A stretch of 64,000 nt of DNA from Escherichia coli (GTDB lineage: Bacteria > Pseudomonadota > Gammaproteobacteria > Enterobacterales > Enterobacteriaceae). Position 1 is the stretch's first letter; the number at the start of each line of letters is the position of its first letter. Made by a program: the position numbers and the translations under genes. The stretch is from NCBI RefSeq assembly GCF_003334335.1, contig NZ_QOWQ01000004.1. The stretch is one strand, 5' to 3'. This document shows, piece by piece, positions 10,140 to 22,930 of the stretch. The notes under the pieces were generated by a model. It saw nothing but the letters and a program-made list of their open reading frames with translations. It was not told where the DNA came from and did no database searches.

Positions 10140-12118
10140 GTAAACGAATTGCGCTTTTCCCGGCGTTATTGCTGGCGCTGTTAGTGATTGTCGCTACGGC
10201 GCTCACCTGGATGAACTTCTCGCAGGCGCTGCCGCGTAGCCAGTGGGCGCAGGCTGCCTGGTCGCCGGATATTGACGTCATCGAGCAGATGATTTTTCAC
10301 TACAGCTTGTTGCCGCGTCTGGCGATTTCGCTGCTGGTGGGCGCGGGTCTGGGGCTGGTGGGCGTGCTGTTTCAGCAAGTGCTGCGTAACCCGCTGGCGG
10401 AGCCGACGACGCTTGGCGTTGCTACAGGCGCGCAACTGGGGATTACCGTCACTACGCTCTGGGCGATCCCTGGTGCGATGGCGAGCCAGTTTGCTGCGCT
10501 GGCAGGGGCTTGTGTTGTTGGCTTAATTGTCTTTGGCGTCGCGTGGGGGAAACGGCTGTCGCCGGTAACGCTGATTCTCGCGGGGTTGGTAGTGAGCCTT
10601 TATTGCGGCGCAATCAATCAGTTACTGGTTATCTTCCATCATGACCAACTGCAAAGCATGTTTCTGTGGAGCACTGGAACGCTGACGCAAACCGACTGGG
10701 GCGGCGTTGAGCGTTTATGGCCGCAGCTGCTGGGCGGTGTGATGCTGACGTTGCTGCTACTTCGTCCGTTAACCCTGATGGGGCTTGATGATGGCGTGGC
10801 GCGCAATCTCGGGCTGGCCTTGTCGCTTGCGCGTCTGGCGGCGCTGTCGCTGGCGATTGTCATCAGTGCGCTGCTGGTGAACGCTGTGGGGATTATCGGC
10901 TTTATCGGGTTGTTCGCGCCGCTGCTGGCAAAAATGCTGGGGGCGCGGCGTCTGCTGCCACGACTGATGCTGGCGTCGTTGATTGGTGCGCTGATCCTCT
11001 GGCTTTCCGATCAAATCATCCTCTGGCTGACTCGCGTGTGGATGGAAGTGTCCACCGGTTCGGTCACTGCGTTGATCGGTGCGCCGCTGCTACTGTGGCT
11101 GTTGCCGCGTTTACGCAGCATTAGCGCGCCGGATATGAAGGTCAACGATCGTGTCGCGGCTGAACGCCAACATGTGCTGGCGTTTGCCCTCGCGGGCGGC
11201 GTGCTGCTGTTGATGGCTGTGGTGGTGGCGCTGTCGTTTGGTCGTGATGCGCACGGCTGGACGTGGGCGAGCGGGGCGTTGCTCGAGGATTTAATGCCCT
11301 GGCGCTGGCCGCGAATTATGGCGGCGCTGTTTGCGGGCGTCATGCTGGCGGTGGCGGGCTGTATTATTCAGCGACTGACCGGAAACCCGATGGCAAGCCC
11401 GGAAGTGCTGGGGATTAGCTCCGGCGCGGCGTTTGGCGTGGTGTTGATGCTGTTTCTGGTGCCGGGTAATGCCTTTGGCTGGCTGTTACCTGCAGGCAGT
11501 CTCGGCGCGGCGGTGACGCTGTCGATCATTATGATCGCCGCCGGCCGCGGTGGATTTTCCCCACACCGTATGTTACTGGCGGGGATGGCGTTAAGCACCG
11601 CGTTCACCATGCTTTTGATGATGTTGCAGGCAAGTGGTGACCCGCGAATGGCGCAAGTGCTGACCTGGATTTCCGGTTCGACCTACAACGCGACCGATGC
11701 GCAGGTCTGGCGCACCGGAATTGTGATGGTGATTTTGCTGGCGATTACCCCGCTGTGCCGCCGCTGGCTGACCATTTTACCGCTGGGTGGTGATACCGCC
11801 CGAGCCGTAGGAATGGCGCTGACGCCGACGCGAATTGCGCTGCTGCTGTTAGCGGCTTGCCTGACGGCGACCGCGACGATGACTATTGGACCGTTGAGTT
11901 TTGTTGGTTTAATGGCACCGCATATTGCGCGGATGATGGGCTTTCGACGGACGATGCCACACATCGTAATTTCGGCGCTGGTGGGTGGTTTACTGCTGGT
12001 GTTCGCTGACTGGTGTGGGCGGATGGTGCTGTTTCCATTCCAGATCCCGGCGGGGCTGCTGTCAACCTTTATCGGCGCGCCATATTTTATCTATTTGTTG
12101 AGAAAGCAGAGCCGTTAA
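10136..12118 (+). CDS. fhuB: Ferric hydroxamate ABC transporter permease FhuB (fused double permease)
   Basis: 660-aa polytopic membrane protein; GTG start at 10136 overlaps the fhuD stop (GTGA). Confidence 0.93.
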   Translation: MSKRIALFPALLLALLVIVATALTWMNFSQALPRSQWAQAAWSPDIDVIEQMIFHYSLLPRLAISLLVGAGLGLVGVLFQQVLRNPLAEPTTLGVATGAQLGITVTTLWAIPGAMASQFAALAGACVVGLIVFGVAWGKRLSPVTLILAGLVVSLYCGAINQLLVIFHHDQLQSMFLWSTGTLTQTDWGGVERLWPQLLGGVMLTLLLLRPLTLMGLDDGVARNLGLALSLARLAALSLAIVISALLVNAVGIIGFIGLFAPLLAKMLGARRLLPRLMLASLIGALILWLSDQIILWLTRVWMEVSTGSVTALIGAPLLLWLLPRLRSISAPDMKVNDRVAAERQHVLAFALAGGVLLLMAVVVALSFGRDAHGWTWASGALLEDLMPWRWPRIMAALFAGVMLAVAGCIIQRLTGNPMASPEVLGISSGAAFGVVLMLFLVPGNAFGWLLPAGSLGAAVTLSIIMIAAGRGGFSPHRMLLAGMALSTAFTMLLMMLQASGDPRMAQVLTWISGSTYNATDAQVWRTGIVMVILLAITPLCRRWLTILPLGGDTARAVGMALTPTRIALLLLAACLTATATMTIGPLSFVGLMAPHIARMMGFRRTMPHIVISALVGGLLLVFADWCGRMVLFPFQIPAGLLSTFIGAPYFIYLLRKQSR

Positions 12119-12138
12119 TTTTTCCATATAACGGCCCT

Positions 12139-12266
<128 letters not shown>

Positions 12267-12275
12267 CATGCTGGA

Positions 12276-13556
12276 TCACAACTTCGCAAACACCCGACGT
12301 GCAGCATCGATGGTGTTATTGATATCTTCCATGCTGTGCGCCACGGACATAAAGCCCGCTTCAAACGCTGACGGTGCCAGGTAAACACCTTCGCCCAGCA
12401 TCATATGGAAGAAACGCTTAAAGCGTTCCACGTCACAGGCCATCACATCCTGATAGCACGTCACGGACTCGGCGTCGGTAAAGAAAATACCGAACATGCC
12501 GCCAACGTGGTTAACGACCAGCGGAATTCCGGCTTCTTCTGCCGCTTCCAGCAGACCTTCTGCCAGACGTGTTGTCAGCTCATCCAGCGTTTCGTGAACG
12601 CCCGGCTGCGCGACTTCATTCAGACAGGCGAAACCCGCTGCCATCGCAATCGGGTTACCGGAAAGCGTACCCGCCTGATAGACCGGACCCGTCGGGGCCA
12701 GCGCATCCATTACATCACGACGACCACCGAATGCGCCTACCGGCATTCCACCGCCGATGATTTTGCCGAGGCAGGTTAAATCTGGCACTACGCCGTAATA
12801 ATCCTGTGCGCCAGCTAGCGCTACGCGGAAACCGGTCATCACTTCATCGATGATCAGCAACGCGCCAAATTCGTCGCACAGCGCGCGCAGACCTGGCAGG
12901 AACTCTGGCAGCGGCGGAACACAGTTCATATTGCCTGCCACCGGCTCGACGATAATACAGGCAATCTCTTGCGGGTATTGCTCAAATGCGGCGCGTACAG
13001 AAGCCAGATCATTATAAGTACAGGTTAAGGTATGTTTGGCGAAATCTGCCGGAACGCCCGGCGAGTTTGGCTGGCCTAACGTGAGTGCGCCAGAACCGGC
13101 TTTCACCAGCAGGCAGTCAGCGTGACCATGGTAACACCCTTCAAATTTAATAATTTTGTCGCGACCGGTAAAACCACGGGCCAGGCGGATGGCGCTCATG
13201 GTCGCTTCAGTGCCGGAGTTCACCATGCGCACCATATCCATGGTCGGGACCAGTTCGGTCACCAGTTGCGCCATTTTCACTTCCATTTCGGTTGGTGCAC
13301 CAAAGCTTAAACCACGCTCGGCGGCTTCAATCACGGCATTGCGGATTGCCGGATGGTTATGGCCCAGCACCATCGGCCCCCAGGAACCGACATAATCGAT
13401 ATAGGCTTTGCCATCAACATCGTACAGATAAGCGCCGTCCGCTTTTTCGATAAACAGTGGAGTGCCGCCCACGCCAGTAAAGGCGCGAACAGGGGAGTTC
13501 ACACCGCCAGGGATCAGCTCGCGCGCTGCGCTGTAAAGATTTTCAGACTTACTCAT
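12276..13556 (-). CDS. hemL: Glutamate-1-semialdehyde 2,1-aminomutase
   Basis: 426-aa [29 protein letters not shown]..., PLP aminotransferase class III. Confidence 0.95.
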   Translation of the reverse strand: MSKSENLYSAARELIPGGVNSPVRAFTGVGGTPLFIEKADGAYLYDVDGKAYIDYVGSWGPMVLGHNHPAIRNAVIEAAERGLSFGAPTEMEVKMAQLVTELVPTMDMVRMVNSGTEATMSAIRLARGFTGRDKIIKFEGCYHGHADCLLVKAGSGALTLGQPNSPGVPADFAKHTLTCTYNDLASVRAAFEQYPQEIACIIVEPVAGNMNCVPPLPEFLPGLRALCDEFGALLIIDEVMTGFRVALAGAQDYYGVVPDLTCLGKIIGGGMPVGAFGGRRDVMDALAPTGPVYQAGTLSGNPIAMAAGFACLNEVAQPGVHETLDELTTRLAEGLLEAAEEAGIPLVVNHVGGMFGIFFTDAESVTCYQDVMACDVERFKRFFHMMLGEGVYLAPSAFEAGFMSVAHSMEDINNTIDAARRVFAKL

Positions 13557-13762
13557 GGAGGGTTCCTGATTCGTAGAAAAAGTGAATGGCTGCTATTCTA
13601 TGTTATTCATAACAAGTTAAATACTCGTCAAACATCAGGCTGCTTGTACTGGTGCAATCCTGATTTCTTAGAGTATAAAAGTTTTGTGCATTTGAAACAT
13701 TACGCTTTGCAAAGGATTTTCATGGAACGTGCGAGTAAAATGCCGTCATCTTATTTGTATGA

Positions 13763-15202
<1,440 letters not shown>

Positions 15203-15283
15203 ACGAAATACCAGGGTATTAGATAATGGCGATTATTATTGGGTTAGAATTTGCCCAATTGCCGATGTCGTTTGGAGCAAAAT

Positions 15284-15628
15284 ATGAGTGATGACGTAGC
15301 ACTGCCGCTGGAGTTTACCGACGCAGCAGCCAACAAAGTTAAAAGCCTGATCGCTGACGAAGATAACCCGAATCTGAAATTACGCGTGTATATCACCGGT
15401 GGCGGTTGCAGCGGCTTCCAGTATGGTTTCACCTTTGATGATCAGGTGAACGAAGGCGATATGACCATCGAAAAACAGGGCGTTGGCCTGGTGGTTGATC
15501 CGATGAGCCTGCAATATCTGGTCGGCGGTTCCGTTGATTATACCGAAGGTCTGGAAGGTTCTCGTTTCATCGTGACCAACCCGAACGCGAAAAGCACCTG
15601 CGGTTGCGGTTCTTCCTTTAGTATCTAA
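15284..15628 (+). CDS. erpA: Iron-sulfur cluster insertion protein ErpA (A-type carrier)
   Basis: ORF 15251..15628 trimmed to ATG 15284 ([11 protein letters not shown]...), 114 aa; C-terminal CGCGSSF motif. Confidence 0.9.
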
Positions 15629-15638
15629 TCTGTTGTTC

Positions 15639-15665
15639 ATGTGCCGGATAAACTATCCGGCACAT
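15639..15665. terminator. Bidirectional stem-loop terminator between convergent erpA and yadS
   Basis: atgtgccggata-aac-tatccggcacat, a perfect 12-bp stem. Confidence 0.65.
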
Positions 15666-15674
15666 CTTCTCTCT

Positions 15675-16298
15675 TCAACGCCCATTCTCATCCAGCGCAA
15701 ACGTCGGTAGCTTAAGATGCCAACGAATAGCCGCCAGCCGAATCAATAGCGTCACGACCATGCCCATCATACTGGCTGTTTCCAGTGGTACGGAAAATGT
15801 GTAATAAGCCGTAGCGTGGACAATACCGCCGATAATACAGGCAGTTGCGTAGATTTCTGTACGTAAAATCATGGGGATTTCGCGGGCCAGAACATCACGA
15901 ATGATCCCGCCGCCAACGCCAGTAATGACGCCCATACAAACCGCGATTAACGGACCGGCTTCCGCATTAAAGGCTTTATTCACGCCAATGCCGACAAACA
16001 CCGCCAGACCAACGGCGTCCAGCACCGGCAACATCCATTTTGGTAAGCGTCTTGGCTGGCGCACCAGCACGATGGTCAGCATGCTGGTGACCATTGCAAC
16101 GACCAGATCGGTGGGATCTTTCACCCAAAATACCGGGCCGTGATCCAGCGCCATGTCGCGAATTGTCCCGCCGCCTACTGCGGTTACCACGCCCAGTACC
16201 AGAACACCAAAAGGGTCCATACGCAATTTTCCGGCTAACAAAACGCCGGAGATGGCAAATACCGCTGTGCCGACTATATCCAGCCAATAGACGAGCAT
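15675..16298 (-). CDS. yadS: UPF0126-family inner membrane protein YadS (function unknown)
   Basis: 207-aa hydrophobic ORF with two GGGxxRD repeats. Confidence 0.85.
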   Translation of the reverse strand: MLVYWLDIVGTAVFAISGVLLAGKLRMDPFGVLVLGVVTAVGGGTIRDMALDHGPVFWVKDPTDLVVAMVTSMLTIVLVRQPRRLPKWMLPVLDAVGLAVFVGIGVNKAFNAEAGPLIAVCMGVITGVGGGIIRDVLAREIPMILRTEIYATACIIGGIVHATAYYTFSVPLETASMMGMVVTLLIRLAAIRWHLKLPTFALDENGR

Positions 16299-16335
16299 TG
16301 TTCAATCCCCACTGAGCACCTGAAAAGGTCAGGCG

Positions 16336-17136
16336 CTAATCTACCTGTGAAAGCGCATTACAGAGCTGTTGTGCAGCGAGGATAATACGTGGGCTTGCAC
16401 GTTCAAACCAGTCACTCGTGAGAGGAATAACGGGAATTTTGAGCTGTTCACCCCAGTATTGTTTGATTTTAGGAATTTGGTCCGGTCCGCCTGTAATGAC
16501 AATCGCCTGTGGCGAGCGTGCTAACACCTGTTCGCGGCTAACTTGCGGCCAGGGAACCCGGCTGTCTTTAAAGATGTTTTCTCCGCCACAAACTTCGAGT
16601 ACCTGGTTCTGAATCGACTCTTTTCCACTGGTAAATGGCGGATTAATGCCGAATTGCAGAAAAACACGTTTTTTAGGTTTATCAGCATATTGCGCTTTCA
16701 ATTGCGCGTACTGATCCAGCAGGGATTGCGCGGCTTGTTCGGCCTTGTCTGGTTGCGGACTCCAGGGGGCCAGTTGACGTAACGCATTGGCAATTTGTTC
16801 AATGCTTGTCGCATCGACCCACATCACTTTTATTCCCAGCGAAGCCAGCTGGTCAACCTGCCGCTCGGCATTACCTCCACGCCAGGCAATCACCAGATCG
16901 GGTTTCAGCGCGACAATGCGTTCCAGATTCATCCCCTGCCAGGTGGAAACCTGCTCAATCTTTTGCGCTTGTGGAGGATAGTCGGAATAGCTGCTGACCC
17001 CAACCGGCGTGATCCCGGCGGCAAAGGCAAGTTCAGTGTTGGCGGGAGAAAGCGTGATGACGCGCGGCGCGGCGTTGAGCCACAGTGGCGCAAGAAAAGA
17101 CAGGGCGACCAGCGCCCTGAACAGTGACTTAGCCAT
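16336..17136 (-). CDS. btuF: Periplasmic vitamin B12-binding protein BtuF
   Basis: ORF 16336..17163 trimmed to ATG 17136 ([14 protein letters not shown]...), 266 aa with signal peptide. Confidence 0.9.
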   Translation of the reverse strand: MAKSLFRALVALSFLAPLWLNAAPRVITLSPANTELAFAAGITPVGVSSYSDYPPQAQKIEQVSTWQGMNLERIVALKPDLVIAWRGGNAERQVDQLASLGIKVMWVDATSIEQIANALRQLAPWSPQPDKAEQAAQSLLDQYAQLKAQYADKPKKRVFLQFGINPPFTSGKESIQNQVLEVCGGENIFKDSRVPWPQVSREQVLARSPQAIVITGGPDQIPKIKQYWGEQLKIPVIPLTSDWFERASPRIILAAQQLCNALSQVD

Positions 17137-17827
17137 GTGCAAGTTTCTGCACCAGTGACTCAACCATCAGGCTGGACTGTTTAGCGGCAACAGCCAGGAA
17201 CTCATCGAAGCTAAGATGAGACTGTTGATCGGCCACGTCGGAGATGGCGCGTACGACAACAAACGGGACGTTGAAATTGTGGCAGACATGGGCGATTGCC
17301 GTCGCTTCCATCTCTACAGCAATGGCCTGTGGGAAGTTGTGGCGGATTTTCGCCAGACCAACAGAACCGTTGATGAAAGCGTCGCCGCTAACAATCAGGC
17401 CACGTACAGCGTTAAGATTCAGTTCGGCAATGCAGGCCTCAGCGGCAGCGATCAGTTTATCGTCAGCTTTAAAGCCTGCCGGACAGCCTGGTAACTGACC
17501 GTATTCATAACCAAATGCCGTGACATCCGCGTCGTGATAACGTGCTTCGTCCGAGACAACGATATCGCCCACTTTCAACGTTGGTGCCAGGCCACCGGCA
17601 GAACCGGTGTTAATAATCACATCTGGCTTGCAGTGTTCCAACAGCAAAGTGGCACCCAGCGCCGCAGCGACTTTACCGATGCCCGATTTCAGAAGCGCAA
17701 CCTCGGTTCCATTCAGTTGGCCGGTATAGATTTCGCAACCGCCGAGACTGATAGTTTGACGGTTTTCGATTTTGTCACGCAGCAGCGTAACTTCTTCTTC
17801 CATTGCACCAATGATGCCGATTTTCAT
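17129..17827 (-). CDS. mtnN: 5'-methylthioadenosine/S-adenosylhomocysteine nucleosidase
   Basis: 232-aa [16 protein letters not shown]...; its stop overlaps the btuF start by 8 nt. Confidence 0.95.
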   Translation of the reverse strand: MKIGIIGAMEEEVTLLRDKIENRQTISLGGCEIYTGQLNGTEVALLKSGIGKVAAALGATLLLEHCKPDVIINTGSAGGLAPTLKVGDIVVSDEARYHDADVTAFGYEYGQLPGCPAGFKADDKLIAAAEACIAELNLNAVRGLIVSGDAFINGSVGLAKIRHNFPQAIAVEMEATAIAHVCHNFNVPFVVVRAISDVADQQSHLSFDEFLAVAAKQSSLMVESLVQKLAHG

Positions 17828-17910
17828 AGATTTACTCGCGATAAGCCCGATTTGAAGGCATAGTTTACCATGCGCTTACGGGGAAGCGTATTTCTCACGC
17901 GGGAGAGGAC

Positions 17911-19428
17911 ATGGCACAGATTGATTTCCGAAAAAAAATAAACTGGCATCGTCGTTACCGTTCACCGCAGGGCGTTAAAACCGAACATGAGATCCTGCGG
18001 ATCTTCGAGAGCGATCGCGGGCGTATCATCAACTCTCCGGCAATTCGTCGTCTGCAACAAAAGACCCAGGTTTTTCCACTGGAGCGCAATGCCGCCGTGC
18101 GCACGCGTCTTACCCACTCGATGGAAGTCCAGCAGGTGGGGCGCTACATCGCCAAAGAAATTTTAAGCCGTCTGAAAGAGCTTAAATTACTGGAAGCATA
18201 CGGCCTGGATGAACTGACCGGTCCCTTTGAAAGCATTGTTGAGATGTCATGCCTGATGCACGATATCGGCAATCCGCCGTTTGGTCATTTTGGCGAAGCG
18301 GCGATAAATGACTGGTTTCGCCAACGTTTGCACCCGGAAGATGCCGAAAGCCAGCCTCTGACTGACGATCGCTGCAGCGTGGCGGCACTACGTTTACGGG
18401 ACGGGGAAGAACCGCTTAACGAGCTGCGGCGCAAGATTCGTCAGGACTTATGTCATTTTGAGGGGAATGCACAAGGCATTCGCCTGGTGCATACATTGAT
18501 GCGGATGAATCTCACCTGGGCACAGGTTGGCGGTATTTTAAAATATACCCGTCCGGCGTGGTGGCGTGGCGAAACGCCTGAGACACATCACTATTTAATG
18601 AAAAAGCCGGGTTATTATCTTTCTGAAGAAGCCTATATTGCCCGGTTGCGTAAAGAACTTAATTTGGCGCTTTACAGTCGTTTTCCATTAACGTGGATTA
18701 TGGAAGCTGCCGACGACATCTCCTATTGTGTGGCAGACCTTGAAGATGCGGTAGAGAAAAGAATATTTACCGTTGAGCAGCTTTATCATCATTTGCACGA
18801 AGCGTGGGGCCAGCATGAGAAAGGTTCGCTCTTTTCGCTGGTGGTTGAAAATGCCTGGGAAAAATCACGCTCAAATAGTTTAAGCCGCAGTACGGAAGAT
18901 CAGTTTTTTATGTATTTACGGGTAAACACCCTAAATAAACTGGTACCCTACGCGGCACAACGATTTATTGATAATCTGCCTGCGATTTTCGCCGGAACGT
19001 TTAATCATGCATTATTGGAAGATGCCAGCGAATGCAGCGATCTTCTTAAGCTATATAAAAATGTCGCTGTAAAACATGTGTTTAGCCATCCAGATGTCGA
19101 GCAGCTTGAATTGCAGGGCTATCGGGTCATTAGCGGATTATTAGAGATTTATCGTCCTTTATTAAGCCTGTCGTTATCAGACTTTACTGAACTGGTAGAA
19201 AAAGAACGGGTGAAACGTTTCCCTATTGAATCGCGCTTATTCCACAAACTCTCGACGCGCCATCGGCTGGCCTATGTCGAGGCTGTCAGTAAATTACCGT
19301 CAGATTCTCCTGAGTTTCCGCTATGGGAATATTATTACCGTTGCCGCCTGCTGCAGGATTATATCAGCGGTATGACCGACCTCTATGCGTGGGATGAATA
19401 CCGACGTCTGATGGCCGTAGAACAATAA
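17911..19428 (+). CDS. dgt: dGTP triphosphohydrolase (HD domain)
   Basis: 505-aa ORF with HD-domain motif (..[10 protein letters not shown]..). Confidence 0.93.
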
Positions 19429-19483
19429 CCAGGCTTTTGTAAAGACGAACAATAAATTTTTACCTTTTGCAGAAACTTTAGTT

Positions 19484-19513
19484 CGGAACTTCAGGCTATA
19501 AAACGAATCTGAA
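19484..19513 (+). promoter_or_regulatory. Sigma-E (RpoE)-dependent degP promoter
   Basis: -35 cGGAACTT (19484-19491), 16-nt spacer, -10 TCTGAa (19508-19513), about 45 nt before the degP ATG. Confidence 0.8.
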
Positions 19514-19557
19514 GAACACAGCAATTTTGCGTTATCTGTTAATCGAGACTGAAATAC

Positions 19558-20982
19558 ATGAAAAAAACCACATTAGCACTGAGTGCACTGGCTCTGAGTT
19601 TAGGTTTGGCGTTATCTCCGCTCTCTGCAACGGCGGCTGAGACTTCTTCAGCAACGACAGCCCAGCAGATGCCAAGCCTTGCACCGATGCTCGAAAAGGT
19701 GATGCCTTCAGTGGTCAGCATTAACGTAGAAGGTAGCACAACCGTTAATACGCCGCGTATGCCGCGTAATTTCCAGCAGTTCTTCGGTGATGATTCTCCG
19801 TTCTGCCAGGAAGGTTCTCCGTTCCAGAGCTCTCCGTTCTGCCAGGGTGGCCAGGGCGGTAATGGTGGCGGCCAGCAACAGAAATTCATGGCGCTGGGTT
19901 CCGGCGTCATCATTGATGCCGATAAAGGCTATGTCGTCACCAACAACCACGTTGTTGATAACGCGACGGTCATTAAAGTTCAACTGAGCGATGGCCGTAA
20001 GTTCGACGCGAAGATGGTTGGCAAAGATCCGCGCTCTGATATCGCGCTGATCCAAATCCAGAACCCGAAAAACCTGACCGCAATTAAGATGGCGGATTCT
20101 GATGCACTGCGCGTGGGTGATTACACCGTAGCGATTGGTAACCCGTTTGGTCTGGGCGAGACGGTAACTTCCGGGATTGTCTCTGCGCTGGGGCGTAGCG
20201 GCCTGAATGCCGAAAACTACGAAAACTTCATCCAGACCGATGCAGCGATCAACCGTGGTAACTCCGGTGGTGCGCTGGTTAACCTGAACGGCGAACTGAT
20301 CGGTATCAACACCGCGATCCTCGCACCGGACGGCGGCAACATCGGTATCGGTTTTGCTATCCCGAGTAACATGGTGAAAAACCTGACCTCGCAGATGGTG
20401 GAATACGGCCAGGTGAAACGCGGTGAGCTGGGTATTATGGGGACTGAGCTGAACTCCGAACTGGCGAAAGCGATGAAAGTTGACGCCCAGCGCGGTGCTT
20501 TCGTAAGCCAGGTTCTGCCTAATTCCTCCGCTGCAAAAGCGGGCATTAAAGCGGGTGATGTGATCACCTCACTGAACGGTAAGCCGATCAGCAGCTTTGC
20601 CGCACTGCGTGCTCAGGTGGGTACTATGCCGGTAGGCAGCAAACTGACCCTGGGCTTACTGCGCGACGGTAAGCAGGTTAACGTGAACCTGGAACTGCAG
20701 CAGAGCAGCCAGAATCAGGTTGATTCCAGCTCCATCTTCAACGGCATTGAAGGCGCTGAGATGAGCAACAAAGGCAAAGATCAGGGCGTGGTAGTGAACA
20801 ACGTGAAAACGGGCACTCCGGCTGCGCAGATCGGCCTGAAGAAAGGTGATGTGATTATTGGCGCGAACCAGCAGGCAGTGAAAAACATCGCTGAACTGCG
20901 TAAAGTTCTCGACAGCAAACCGTCTGTGCTGGCACTCAACATTCAGCGCGGCGACAGCACCATCTACCTGTTAATGCAGTAA
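19558..20982 (+). CDS. degP: Periplasmic serine endoprotease/chaperone DegP (HtrA): trypsin-like domain plus two PDZ domains
   Basis: 474-aa ORF with signal peptide and catalytic GNSGGAL motif. Confidence 0.95.
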   Translation: MKKTTLALSALALSLGLALSPLSATAAETSSATTAQQMPSLAPMLEKVMPSVVSINVEGSTTVNTPRMPRNFQQFFGDDSPFCQEGSPFQSSPFCQGGQGGNGGGQQQKFMALGSGVIIDADKGYVVTNNHVVDNATVIKVQLSDGRKFDAKMVGKDPRSDIALIQIQNPKNLTAIKMADSDALRVGDYTVAIGNPFGLGETVTSGIVSALGRSGLNAENYENFIQTDAAINRGNSGGALVNLNGELIGINTAILAPDGGNIGIGFAIPSNMVKNLTSQMVEYGQVKRGELGIMGTELNSELAKAMKVDAQRGAFVSQVLPNSSAAKAGIKAGDVITSLNGKPISSFAALRAQVGTMPVGSKLTLGLLRDGKQVNVNLELQQSSQNQVDSSSIFNGIEGAEMSNKGKDQGVVVNNVKTGTPAAQIGLKKGDVIIGANQQAVKNIAELRKVLDSKPSVLALNIQRGDSTIYLLMQ

Positions 20983-20990
20983 TCTCCCTC

Positions 20991-21018
20991 AACCCCTTCC
21001 TGAAAACGGGAAGGGGTT
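20991..21018 (+). terminator. Rho-independent terminator after degP
   Basis: aaccccttcc-tgaaaacg-ggaaggggtt stem followed by ctcctt. Confidence 0.7.
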
Positions 21019-21136
21019 CTCCTTACAATCTGTGAACTTCACCACAACTCCATACATCTTCATCATCCTTTAGGCATTTGCACAATGCCGTACGTTACGT
21101 ACTTCCTTATGCTAAGCCGTGCATAACGGAGGACTT

Positions 21137-22294
21137 ATGGCTGGCTGGCATCTTGATACCAAAATGGCGCAGGATATCGTGGCACGTACCATGCGCATCA
21201 TCGATACCAATATCAACGTAATGGATGCCCGTGGGCGAATTATCGGCAGCGGCGATCGTGAGCGTATTGGTGAATTGCACGAAGGTGCATTGCTGGTACT
21301 TTCACAGGGACGAGTCGTCGATATCGATGACGCGGTAGCACGTCATCTGCACGGTGTGCGGCAGGGGATTAATCTACCGTTACGGCTGGAAGGTGAAATT
21401 GTCGGCGTAATTGGCCTGACAGGTGAACCAGAGAATCTGCGTAAATATGGCGAACTGGTCTGCATGACGGCTGAAATGATGCTGGAACAGTCGCGGTTGA
21501 TGCACTTGTTGGCGCAGGATAGCCGTTTGCGGGAAGAACTGGTGATGAACCTGATTCAGGCAGAGGAGAATACTCCCGCACTTACTGAATGGGCGCAACG
21601 GCTGGGGATCGATCTCAATCAACCGCGAGTGGTGGCTATTGTTGAGGTCGACAGCGGTCAGCTTGGCGTGGACAGCGCAATGGCGGAGTTACAACAACTG
21701 CAAAACGCGCTGACTACGCCCGAGCGTAATAATCTGGTGGCGATTGTCTCGCTAACCGAAATGGTGGTGTTGAAACCGGCGTTGAACTCTTTTGGGCGCT
21801 GGGATGCAGAAGATCATCGTAAGCGAGTTGAACAACTGATTACCCGCATGAAAGAGTACGGCCAGCTGCGTTTTCGCGTTTCACTGGGCAACTATTTTAC
21901 CGGTCCTGGCAGTATTGCCCGATCCTATCGTACGGCGAAAACGACGATGGTGGTGGGTAAACAGCGGATGCCAGAAAGTCGCTGCTATTTTTATCAGGAT
22001 CTGATGTTACCTGTGTTACTCGACAGTTTGCGTGGCGACTGGCAGGCCAACGAACTGGCGCGACCGCTGGCGCGGCTGAAAACGATGGACAATAACGGCT
22101 TGCTGCGACGAACGCTGGCGGCGTGGTTTCGCCACAATGTGCAACCGCTGGCAACGTCAAAGGCGTTGTTTATTCATCGTAATACCCTGGAGTATCGGCT
22201 TAATCGTATATCGGAACTGACCGGGCTTGATTTGGGCAATTTTGATGACAGGTTGCTGCTGTATGTGGCGTTACAACTGGATGAAGAGCGGTAG
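21137..22294 (+). CDS. cdaR: Carbohydrate diacid regulator CdaR (SdaR)
   Basis: ORF 21119..22294 trimmed to ATG 21137 (MAGWHLDTKMAQDIV...), 385 aa. Confidence 0.88.
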   Translation: MAGWHLDTKMAQDIVARTMRIIDTNINVMDARGRIIGSGDRERIGELHEGALLVLSQGRVVDIDDAVARHLHGVRQGINLPLRLEGEIVGVIGLTGEPENLRKYGELVCMTAEMMLEQSRLMHLLAQDSRLREELVMNLIQAEENTPALTEWAQRLGIDLNQPRVVAIVEVDSGQLGVDSAMAELQQLQNALTTPERNNLVAIVSLTEMVVLKPALNSFGRWDAEDHRKRVEQLITRMKEYGQLRFRVSLGNYFTGPGSIARSYRTAKTTMVVGKQRMPESRCYFYQDLMLPVLLDSLRGDWQANELARPLARLKTMDNNGLLRRTLAAWFRHNVQPLATSKALFIHRNTLEYRLNRISELTGLDLGNFDDRLLLYVALQLDEER

Positions 22295-22382
22295 GTTATG
22301 CGTTAAGGTTGAGGCGGCGCTGGCTCATTCCCCTCAGCCCGAAGGGTAGAGGGGAATGCCCGAATTAACCGTCAGTTCGGGA

Positions 22383-22769
22383 TTATTTACGCGTTAGTTT
22401 TTCCAGATCGGCTTCAATCTCGCTGATCTTATTGGTTACGACTGACTCCAGGTGACGTAAGTCGTCGAGGATCTTACGCTTAAGATCAACTTCGCTGCGG
22501 TCACGCTGGCAGATTTGATCAAGCTCATCAATGATATACCGTAGATTCGGGCTGATTTCCTGGACTTCTTTATAACCCTGACCCACACCATCAGCGACGA
22601 CCGTTTTACGCTGACGCGGATATTTAAACTTAACGCTCTTGGCGAAAAACTCGCCTTTGTCTTTCTGGAAATAGATTTTCAGAATATCGTTGTTGGCTTC
22701 CTGCCGGAGGCTGTAACGATCAATTTCTTCAGGATTGGTAATACCCAGACTTTTCAGATTGTCGTACAT
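22383..22769 (-). CDS. yaeH: UPF0325 protein YaeH (function unknown)
   Basis: 128-aa [24 protein letters not shown]... Confidence 0.85.
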   Translation of the reverse strand: MYDNLKSLGITNPEEIDRYSLRQEANNDILKIYFQKDKGEFFAKSVKFKYPRQRKTVVADGVGQGYKEVQEISPNLRYIIDELDQICQRDRSEVDLKRKILDDLRHLESVVTNKISEIEADLEKLTRK

Positions 22770-22930
22770 AGCGTTACCTCAAAATGAGTCAGTAAATTGT
22801 GCTTATTTTAGCATTTGGCCTGGCCCGCCCGGCTCGACTGTGATCGCAGAAAGCCTTTTTCTTCCAGACTTCTATCATGGCGTAAAAATCAAAAAATTAC
22901 CTGCTTTATTCTGGTGATAAAATTCACGAT

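Noticed and set aside
19439-19464. Canonical CpxR box call upstream of degP
   Set aside because: Only isolated GTAAA/TTTAC pentamers are present, not a clear GTAAA-N5-GTAAA direct repeat. It is kept as a low-confidence note in the findings rather than as a feature.
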